Source of the DNA: Bacteroidales bacterium
GTDB taxonomy: Bacteria; Bacteroidota; Bacteroidia; Bacteroidales; UBA3824
Assembly: GCA_017535325.1 (NCBI GenBank)
Contig: JAFXUC010000029.1
Span: 14,878-78,877, forward strand
Direction of reading: 5' to 3'
DNA length: 64,000 nucleotides
The notes beneath the pieces were generated by a model. The model did not search any database. It saw only the letters and a list, made by a program, of their open reading frames with translations, and was not told the DNA's origin. The translations under genes and the position numbers were made by a program. This document shows positions 57,096-64,000 of this stretch, piece after piece (positions within the stretch are counted from its first letter, which is position 1; every line of letters begins with the position of its first letter).

Positions 57096-57132
57096 AAAAA
57101 AAAATCAGGAGTTTGTTTACTCCTGATTTTTT
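57096..57132. terminator. bidirectional hairpin terminator
   Basis: A9-ATCAGGAGT-loop-ACTCCTGAT-T8 between convergent genes. Confidence 0.7.
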
Positions 57133-57375
57133 TTATACTGATTTTACTGCTTTTGCCAACTGATCGGCGCAAGAAGTAGGTTTGTCGCCGCAGAGGTTGC
57201 CGGAAAGAAGTTCGTAAATCTTGTCGGCAGACATACCGTTAACAAGTTTTGAAATTGCTTTCAGATTGCCCGAACAGCCGCCGAAGAATTTTACGTTGGT
57301 GATGATTCCGTTTTCGTCCTTGTCAAAAGTTATTATTTTTGCACAAGTTCCTGTTGTGGTGTATGTGTGTTGCAT
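57133..57375 (-). CDS. TSCPD-domain small protein (TIGR03905-like)
   Basis: 80 aa. GTCAKIITF...I.NVKFFGGCSGNLKAISKLV.GM. Confidence 0.7.
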   Translation of the reverse strand: MQHTYTTTGTCAKIITFDKDENGIITNVKFFGGCSGNLKAISKLVNGMSADKIYELLSGNLCGDKPTSCADQLAKAVKSV

Positions 57376-57385
57376 TTTTTATCTT

Positions 57386-58240
57386 TTATAATAATGTAAT
57401 GCAAACGATTCCCATTATAAAACAATAAATTGCAAAATAAATGAGTTTGCATTTTTTTATCAGTTGAACCATCCATTTGCAAGCAAAACAGCCGCTGATA
57501 AATGCCGCTAAAAAGCCGACAATAAGTGCTAATGCCGGTGTCGGAGTTGAGACTCCGTGTTCAGCCAAATATTCTGCTGACGGTGCAAAAATATGTTTGA
57601 AGTCCAACAATGCTTCGCCCAAAATCGGCGGAATCACCATCAAAAACGAAAACTGCGCTACGTTTTCCCTTTTGTTGCCCAAGAGCAGACCTGTTGCAAT
57701 CGTTGAACCCGACCTTGAAAGTCCCGGCAAAACTGCAACTGATTGCGCCAAGCCTATTATAAAAGCGTGAAGCGGAGAAATTTCTTTTTTCTCTTTGTTT
57801 TCATCAGACTTAAAAAAGTGCGTTAACGCAAGTAAACATGCTGTTACGATTAGACAAACTCCCACAACAACAATGCTTGAGGCAAAAATCTCTTCAACTT
57901 TGTCTTTGAAACACAGCCCTACAATGCCGATTGGAATCATTGAAATCACAATCAAAACCACATAACGCTGTGCATCGTTGAGCCTTTGCCAAAGCGGAAG
58001 ATTTTTATTGGGATTTAGTTTTTTGAAAAAGCCGCAAATCAAATCCCAAATTTCTTTTCTGAAAATCGTAATTGTTGCCAGTACGGTTGCAACGTGTACC
58101 ACGATGTCAAAAGTAAGACCGCCGGTTTCTTGAACGCCCAAAAGGTGTTGCCCGATTTGAAGGTGTCCGCTGCTGCTGACAGGTAAAAACTCCGTCAAAC
58201 CCTGTACAACGCCTAAAATTAACGCTTCTAATTCTCCCAT
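57386..58240 (-). CDS. uppP: undecaprenyl-diphosphate phosphatase
   Basis: [15 protein letters not shown]..., SRSGSTI. Eight-TM profile, 284 aa. Confidence 0.9.
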   Translation of the reverse strand: MGELEALILGVVQGLTEFLPVSSSGHLQIGQHLLGVQETGGLTFDIVVHVATVLATITIFRKEIWDLICGFFKKLNPNKNLPLWQRLNDAQRYVVLIVISMIPIGIVGLCFKDKVEEIFASSIVVVGVCLIVTACLLALTHFFKSDENKEKKEISPLHAFIIGLAQSVAVLPGLSRSGSTIATGLLLGNKRENVAQFSFLMVIPPILGEALLDFKHIFAPSAEYLAEHGVSTPTPALALIVGFLAAFISGCFACKWMVQLIKKCKLIYFAIYCFIMGIVCITLL

Positions 58241-58623
58241 TTGCTTACGATTTTGTCGGCAATTTCCTGCATTTCGGCCTTTTCCAATGTCATTTTGTGT
58301 TCAAAAGACATATCGTTGACCTCGTTTAAGGGTACTAAATGTATGTGAGCGTGAGGCACTTCAAGACCTACTACCGCAATGCCGACTTTTACGCAAGGGA
58401 TTGCCGCTTTGATTGCTGCGGCAACTTTTTTTGCAAAAGCCATATAACGGCCTAATTTGTCGTCGTTGATGTCGAAAATATAAGAAATTTCTTCTTTCGG
58501 GACTACCAACGTGTGGCCTTTTTGAATCGGGTTAACGTCTAAGAAAGCAAAAAACTCGTCGTTTTCGGCGATTTTGTAACAAGGTATCTCACCTTTTATA
58601 ATACGTGAAAAAATTGTTGCCAT
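58228..58623 (-). CDS. HIT-family (histidine triad) protein
   Basis: Start moved to the ATG at 58623 ([22 protein letters not shown]). HIT motif HAHIHLVP. Confidence 0.88.
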   Translation of the reverse strand: MATIFSRIIKGEIPCYKIAENDEFFAFLDVNPIQKGHTLVVPKEEISYIFDINDDKLGRYMAFAKKVAAAIKAAIPCVKVGIAVVGLEVPHAHIHLVPLNEVNDMSFEHKMTLEKAEMQEIADKIVSKWEN

Positions 58624-58636
58624 TTTTTTTAAGTTT

Positions 58637-59110
58637 TTAAATGCTGATGTCAATGATTTTGAATTCTGCCTCGCCTGCGGGGATTTTTATTTTTGCAATA
58701 TCTCCGACTTTTTTGCCCATAAGACCTTTTGCGATAGGCGTTTCAACGGAGATTTTACCTTCTTTGAGATTTGCCTCGCTTTCTGCAACAAGGGTGTAAG
58801 TCATTTTCATTTTGTTTTTAACGTTCTGAATCGTTACCTTGCTGAGAATCTGAACAATGTCAGACTGCATTTGGCTTTTGTCGATGACGCGGGCGTTTTT
58901 GATGAGGTCTTGAAGTTTTGAAATTTTAAGTTCAAGAAGACCCTGAGCCTCTTTTGCCGCATCGTATTCGGCGTTTTCAGAAAGGTCGCCTTTTTCGCGC
59001 GCCTCTGCTATCTGTTTTGATATATTCGGACGCTCTATGGCGATTAAATGATCTAACTCGTCATTGAGTTTTTTTAGACCTTCTTCGGTCAAGTAAGTGG
59101 TTTTTGCCAT
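58637..59110 (-). CDS. greA: transcription elongation factor GreA
   Basis: Start moved to the ATG at 59110 (MAKTTYLTEEGLKKLNDEL...). GDLSENAEYDAAKE motif. Confidence 0.92.
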   Translation of the reverse strand: MAKTTYLTEEGLKKLNDELDHLIAIERPNISKQIAEAREKGDLSENAEYDAAKEAQGLLELKISKLQDLIKNARVIDKSQMQSDIVQILSKVTIQNVKNKMKMTYTLVAESEANLKEGKISVETPIAKGLMGKKVGDIAKIKIPAGEAEFKIIDISI

Positions 59111-59299
59111 TTTCTTTTTTAATTTTATTAGATAAAACAAAAAACAAAGAAGAATTCAAAACGTCTTCCATTTTGGATTCTCCCTTGCTTAAAACATTAA
59201 CTACGCTGCAAAGTTAATATGAATTTTTGTTTAAAAAAAATTTTTTGAAAGAATTTTGCGAAATTAATATTACAAATGTTTTTTTGTCAGCGGGGGTTT

Positions 59300-59443
59300 T
59301 TGCCGCTAAGAGCGGCAACACAGCCGCCTAACGTATGCCGCCGCTCTGCGGCTGGAATTCTATTACAGGGTGCAAAATATAAAAAGTTGGAGTGCGGGCT
59401 TCCCAGCCCGCCTTATAAGCGTTTTGCAGGCAGGGATGCCTGC
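59300..59443. other. cluster of GC-rich hairpins in an AT-rich spacer
   Basis: TTGCCGCT-AAG-AGCGGCAA (59300..59318). AGAGCGGC (59309..59316) is complementary to GCCGCTCT (59340..59347). CAGCCGC (59321..59327) is complementary to GCGGCTG (59348..59354). GCGGGCT-TCCC-AGCCCGC (59394..59411). GCAGGCA-GGGA-TGCCTGC (59426..59443). Confidence 0.7.
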
Positions 59444-59461
59444 GTTCCAATACTTCTTTAC

Positions 59462-59740
59462 CTTGCAAAATCATTTTGTTACTATGACAAAGTCATTATT
59501 GCAAGGTGTAAAATGGTTTTGCTACTATGACAAAGTCATTATTGCAAGGTGTAAAATGGTTTTGTCGTTATGACAAAGTCATTATTGCAAGGTGCAAAAT
59601 CGTTTTGTCGTTATGACAAAGTCATTATTGCAAGGTGTGAAATGGTTTTGTTGTTATGACAATGTCATTATTGCAATGTGCGAAATGGTTTTGTCGTTAT
59701 GACAAAGTCATTATTGCACCTTGCAATTTTCATTTTGCAA
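59462..59740 (+). repeat. second tandem array of the 43-bp repeat family (6 units plus a partial), inverted relative to 27539..27762
   Basis: Units start at 59462, 59505, 59548, 59591, 59634, 59677 and 59720. Example unit: GGTGCAAAATCGTTTTGTCGTTATGACAAAGTCATTATTGCAA. The 30-nt core equals the reverse complement of the array-1 core. The shared 40-nt flank at 59743..59782 has one mismatch against 27497..27536. Confidence 0.95.
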
Positions 59741-59805
59741 TTTTGTTAACATTGAATTAATAATTATCAAAAAACGTTGTTCTGATATAGTACACAAGCG
59801 AAGAA

Positions 59806-59886
59806 ATGTTCAAAGACCTTAACGATGAATTTCATTTCCTTGATACCCGCCGCGACCCGGACGCGCTTGCCGCACAAGTTAGATAA
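59806..59886 (+). pseudogene. relic of a ParE-like toxin gene (C-terminal 26 codons only)
   Basis: Reads MFKDLNDEFHFLDTRRDPDALAAQVR*. The last ~40 nt are nearly identical at nucleotide level to the 3' end of 26820..27131 (...DFWDCRRDPDTLAAQVK*). Confidence 0.7.
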
Positions 59887-60045
59887 TTTTCTTTCTTTAT
59901 TTCTTTGAAAATCAGTATTTTGCTTCTTACATTAAAAAAAACTAAAAAAAAATTGTTAATTTATTTGGAAAGTTCGTTAAAAAAATATTAACTTAGGGAA
60001 TTAAAAAACAACAACTTTAAAGAAATCGTTAAAAGGTTGTATATT

Positions 60046-61131
60046 ATGAATTTACTGAAAAAATTAACACTTTTTGTTTTGATTTTTGTAACTGCAAACC
60101 TTGGTTTCGCGCAAAATCAGACAACGGAAAGCGCAGACGAAGCGGCTTTTGAGCCCGGCGAACTTATTATGGAGCATATCGGCGATGCTTATGAATGGCA
60201 CGTTGCCACTTTTGGCGACTTTCATCTTTCGCTGCCGCTCCCGTGTATCGTTTATAGCGAAAAAACCGGTTTGCATATTTTCTCTTCTTCCAACCTTCAT
60301 CACGGAGAGCAGGAATTTGAGGGATTTAAGATTTCCGAGTCCGAAAACTACAAAGGCAAACTCGTAGAAATTATCGGCGGCGAAGAAGTCCGTCCGTGGG
60401 ATTTTTCTATTACAAAGAATGTTTTTGCATTGCTTTTTTCTGTCTGCCTTATCTCCTTTATATTTATAAAGATGAAAAAATACTACGAAAACAACAAAGG
60501 CAAAGCCCCGCACGGCTTTTTCAACGCTCTGGAAATCGTAGTCCTTTTTGTCCGCGACGACATTGCTTACGCTTCGCTCGGTAAAAAACACGGCGATAAG
60601 TTTATGCCGTTTTTGATGACGGTCTTTTTCTTCATCTTTATTAACAACCTGCTCGGTCTGATTCCGATTCTGCCGGGCGGTGCTAACGTAACGGGCAATA
60701 TTGCAGTAACTTGCGTGTTGGCGTTGTTCGTTTTTGTTATCACGACAATCAACGGTAAAAAAGAATATTGGCTCGATATTTTCTGGCCGAAAGGTACTCC
60801 TTGGTGGCTTAAAATGCCGCCGATTTTGCCCGCAGTAGAAATTATGGGTATGTTCACAAAACCGATTGTCCTTATGGTGCGACTTTTTGCAAACATCACA
60901 GCAGGACACATCATTGCTCTGGGTTTCTTCTCGCTGATTTTCCTTTTCGGTGCTAAAAGCGTTGGCGCAGGTTACGGCGTTTCTACGGTGTCGATTCTCT
61001 TCACCGTGTTTATGTCGGCTTTGGAACTGCTTGTAGCATTTATTCAGGCATACGTGTTTACGCTTTTGTCGTCAATTTATTTCAGCATGGCGGTGGCAGA
61101 AGAGCATGAAGAAAAACCGGCGGTTAATTAA
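60046..61131 (+). CDS. atpB: F0F1 ATP synthase subunit a
   Basis: The ATG at 60046 (MNLLKKLTLFVL...). Conserved LMVRLFANITAGHI and the C-terminal QAYVFTLLS. Confidence 0.92.
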   Translation: MNLLKKLTLFVLIFVTANLGFAQNQTTESADEAAFEPGELIMEHIGDAYEWHVATFGDFHLSLPLPCIVYSEKTGLHIFSSSNLHHGEQEFEGFKISESENYKGKLVEIIGGEEVRPWDFSITKNVFALLFSVCLISFIFIKMKKYYENNKGKAPHGFFNALEIVVLFVRDDIAYASLGKKHGDKFMPFLMTVFFFIFINNLLGLIPILPGGANVTGNIAVTCVLALFVFVITTINGKKEYWLDIFWPKGTPWWLKMPPILPAVEIMGMFTKPIVLMVRLFANITAGHIIALGFFSLIFLFGAKSVGAGYGVSTVSILFTVFMSALELLVAFIQAYVFTLLSSIYFSMAVAEEHEEKPAVN

Positions 61132-61170
61132 CCTCGGAAAATAAAATATAGAAAATTACTAATTTTTTAA

Positions 61171-61461
<291 letters not shown>

Positions 61462-61550
61462 TCCGACTTTAAGAAGAAAAGTATTCCGCTTGCAAAGCGG
61501 TTGGCTTTTGGGGCGGAATACATTTTGTTGAATTAAAAAAAATACAAGTT

Positions 61551-62045
61551 ATGAATCTCGTTACTCCGGACTTCGGGCTGCTGTTTTGGATGGTTCTCTC
61601 TTTCAGCATTTTGCTGATAATCCTGAAAAAATTTGCGTGGAAACCTATCTTGAAAATGCTTCAAGACAGGGAAGATGAGATTTCAAAATCGTTGGAGGCG
61701 GCTAATCAGGCAAAAGCCAAGATGGAGCAACTCAACGCCGAAAACGAGGAAATCTTAAAACAGGCGCGTGCAGAAAGGGAGGCGATATTGCGCGAGGCTA
61801 AGGCCGCAAAAGATAAAATCGTATCCGAGGCGCAATCCGCAGCCAAATTAGAGGCAGACAAAATCATAACCGCCGCCAAAGGAGAAATCGCGGCGGAAAA
61901 AGAGGCGGCTATGGCGGAACTGACTTCAAAAGTTGCAAGCCTTTCGGTGGAAATCGCCGAAAAAATCCTCAAAAGGGAACTCGCGACAGAGGACAAACAA
62001 AACGGTTACGTCAAAGAACTTGTTAAAGAAATTTCTCTGAACTAA
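61551..62045 (+). CDS. atpF: F0F1 ATP synthase subunit b
   Basis: N-terminal TM followed by a long Ala/Glu/Lys-rich helix. Position between atpE and atpH. Confidence 0.88.
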   Translation: MNLVTPDFGLLFWMVLSFSILLIILKKFAWKPILKMLQDREDEISKSLEAANQAKAKMEQLNAENEEILKQARAEREAILREAKAAKDKIVSEAQSAAKLEADKIITAAKGEIAAEKEAAMAELTSKVASLSVEIAEKILKRELATEDKQNGYVKELVKEISLN

Positions 62046-62059
62046 TACTTTTTAAGCAG

Positions 62060-62596
62060 ATGAACAACAGCAAAATATCAGTCAGATATGCAAAAGCGTT
62101 GCTCCAAACCGCAATCGAGAAAAAAATCGAGACCGAGGTGCAGAGCGATGTAGCCGTTCTGCTTGACTGTATTAACGGGGCGGAGGATTTTAAAGCGGTC
62201 TTGGACAGCCCCGTTATATCTCCTAATGACAAAATCAAAATTTTCAACTCAATGTTTGAGGGAAAATTTCAGAAGTTGACTTTGGATTTTTTTGCAATGA
62301 CTGTTAAAAACAAAAGAGAAAACTTTTTGAAGATAATCTGTATGAATTATCTCGGTTTTTACGCTCAGAGCAAAAATATCCGCAAAGTCGTTATCACTTC
62401 TGCGGCAAAACTTGACAAGGATACGTCTTCTAAGATTTCGTTGCTTGTTAAGGGTCAGGACGAGACAAGTTCGGTGGAACTCTTTGAAAAAACCGATGAA
62501 AGCATTATCGGCGGTCTGATAGTTCAAATAGACGACAAAGTCTACGATGCAAGTATCAGAACACAGTTAAAGAAAGTAAAAGAAAAATTAAAATAA
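62060..62596 (+). CDS. atpH: F0F1 ATP synthase subunit delta (OSCP)
   Basis: ISVRYAKALLQTA... and the C-terminal GGLIVQIDDKVYDASIRTQLKK. Confidence 0.88.
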   Translation: MNNSKISVRYAKALLQTAIEKKIETEVQSDVAVLLDCINGAEDFKAVLDSPVISPNDKIKIFNSMFEGKFQKLTLDFFAMTVKNKRENFLKIICMNYLGFYAQSKNIRKVVITSAAKLDKDTSSKISLLVKGQDETSSVELFEKTDESIIGGLIVQIDDKVYDASIRTQLKKVKEKLK

Positions 62597-62603
62597 TTAA
62601 ACT

Positions 62604-64000
62604 ATGGCTTCCATAAAACCCGGTGAAGTATCGGAAATTTTGAAAAGGCAGTTGCAGGGCTTGGATACCGATGTCGCGTTAAACGAGGTCGGTTCGGTTC
62701 TTCAAGTTGCTGACGGTACGGCACTTATATACGGTTTGTCTAACGTACAAGCCGGCGAAATGATAGAGTTTGACAACGGAGTCAGAGGCATAGTCCTTAA
62801 CCTTGAAGAAGACAATGTGGGCGCGGTTTTGCTCGGATCTTCGGAAGGAATCCACGAGGGCTCGCAAGTAAAACGCACGAAACAAATCGCTTCAATCAAC
62901 GTTGGCGAGGGTTTGTTAGGACGTGTTGTTAACACTTTGGGCGAACCTTTGGACGGAAAAGGCGAAATCACGGGCGAGGTCTACAATATGCCTTTGGAAA
63001 GGAAAGCGCCGGGCGTGATTTACCGTCAGCCCGTAACAGAGCCGTTGCAGACAGGTTTGAAAGCGATTGACGCAATGATTCCTATCGGAAGGGGTCAAAG
63101 GGAACTTATTATCGGCGACCGTCAGACAGGAAAATCGGCTATCGCAATCGACACAATTATCAATCAGAAAGAGTTTTACGACAAAGGCGAACCTGTTTAT
63201 TGTATTTACGTTGCAATCGGACAAAAAGGTTCGACGGTGGCGCAACTCGCTAAAACATTGGAGGAAAAAGGCGCAATGCCTTATACCGTAATCGTTTCGG
63301 CGACAGCGAGCGAGCCGGCTGCTTTGCAGTATTATGCACCGTATGCAGGCGCGGCAATCGGCGAATTTTTCCGCGATACGGGTCGTGCGGCGTTAATCGT
63401 TTATGACGACTTGTCGAAACAAGCGGTTTCTTACCGTGAAGTGTCTTTGCTTCTTCGTAGACCGCCAGGACGTGAGGCTTATCCGGGCGATGTTTTCTAC
63501 CTCCATTCAAGGCTTTTGGAAAGGGCAGCAAAAATCATCAACAACGACGAGGTCGCAAAACAGATGAACGACGTGCCGGAGTCAATCAAGCATTTGGTAA
63601 AAGGCGGCGGTTCGCTGACGGCTCTCCCGATTATCGAAACGCAGGCTGGCGACGTGTCGGCGTATATTCCGACTAACGTTATTTCAATTACCGACGGTCA
63701 GATTTTCTTGGAGTCTAACCTTTTTAACGCGGGTGTCCGTCCGGCTATCAACGTCGGAATTTCGGTTTCGCGTGTAGGTGGTAACGCTCAAATCAAAGCC
63801 ATGAAAAAGGTTGCCGGTACATTGAAACTCGACCAAGCACAGTTTAGAGAATTGGAAGCGTTTTCAAAATTTGGTTCCGACCTTGACGCGGCTACGTTAG
63901 CGGTTTTGGAAAAAGGACGCCGTAACGTCGAAATCCTTAAACAACCTCAGTATGCACCGTATAGGGTTGAACAGCAAATTGCGATTCTGTATTGCGGAAC
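62604..64000 (+). CDS. atpA: F0F1 ATP synthase subunit alpha (3' end beyond the window)
   Basis: Not in the track because it is open to the window edge. From the ATG at 62604: [19 protein letters not shown]..., and later the Walker A region [18 protein letters not shown]. Confidence 0.93.
   Translation, partial: MASIKPGEVSEILKRQLQGLDTDVALNEVGSVLQVADGTALIYGLSNVQAGEMIEFDNGVRGIVLNLEEDNVGAVLLGSSEGIHEGSQVKRTKQIASINVGEGLLGRVVNTLGEPLDGKGEITGEVYNMPLERKAPGVIYRQPVTEPLQTGLKAIDAMIPIGRGQRELIIGDRQTGKSAIAIDTIINQKEFYDKGEPVYCIYVAIGQKGSTVAQLAKTLEEKGAMPYTVIVSATASEPAALQYYAPYAGAAIGEFFRDTGRAALIVYDDLSKQAVSYREVSLLLRRPPGREAYPGDVFYLHSRLLERAAKIINNDEVAKQMNDVPESIKHLVKGGGSLTALPIIETQAGDVSAYIPTNVISITDGQIFLESNLFNAGVRPAINVGISVSRVGGNAQIKAMKKVAGTLKLDQAQFRELEAFSKFGSDLDAATLAVLEKGRRNVEILKQPQYAPYRVEQQIAILYCG

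Noticed and set aside
59276-59573. Track ORFs 59276..59530(+) and 59370..59573(+), running through the GC-rich hairpins and array 2
   Set aside because: Same artefact as above (LQNHFVTMTKSLLQGVKWFCYYDKVIIARCKM repeats). The ORFs are explained by the repeat lacking stop codons on that strand.

Overview
This is a chromosomal segment from a Bacteroidota, probably Bacteroidales-like, organism. Supporting evidence: TAnnTTTG -7 boxes 15-30 nt upstream of many start codons, a PorP/SprF plus GldK/PorK type IX secretion pair, an ECF sigma / FecR / STN-TonB transducer, carboxypeptidase-regulatory-domain TonB receptors, and GH43/GH97/GH51 enzymes. Most of the window is housekeeping: rplM-rpsI, rpsB-tsf, truB, queA, topA, a class A PBP, rbfA, serS, rpmA-rplU, tsaC, prfB with its programmed +1 frameshift, greA, uppP, and atpB-E-F-H-A running off the 3' edge. 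I recognised no rRNA, tRNA, CRISPR, integrase or transposase. The accessory content is what stands out. (1) Two head-to-tail ParE-like toxin/antitoxin cassettes (26.8-28.3 kb) are separated by a spacer-less array of exact 43-bp tandem repeats. A second array of the same repeat family lies 32 kb away (59.46-59.74 kb) in inverted orientation. It shares a 40-bp flank and sits next to a decayed ParE C-terminal relic, and the central palindrome differs between the arrays through compensatory arm changes. (2) A small island at 36.3-39.3 kb holds a RelE/HigB-like TA pair, a class II Fic enzyme, and a divergently transcribed TIR protein fused to a peptidoglycan-binding-like domain. (3) An AAA ATPase (DUF234 type), GNAT and membrane PP2C phosphatase cluster is preceded by two 49-nt palindromic units and an inverted repeat that brackets its promoter and start codon. 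(4) An AT-rich trio of paralogous small lipoprotein genes lies behind a SusD-less TonB transducer. All functional calls come from reading motifs in the supplied translations. No database search was possible.
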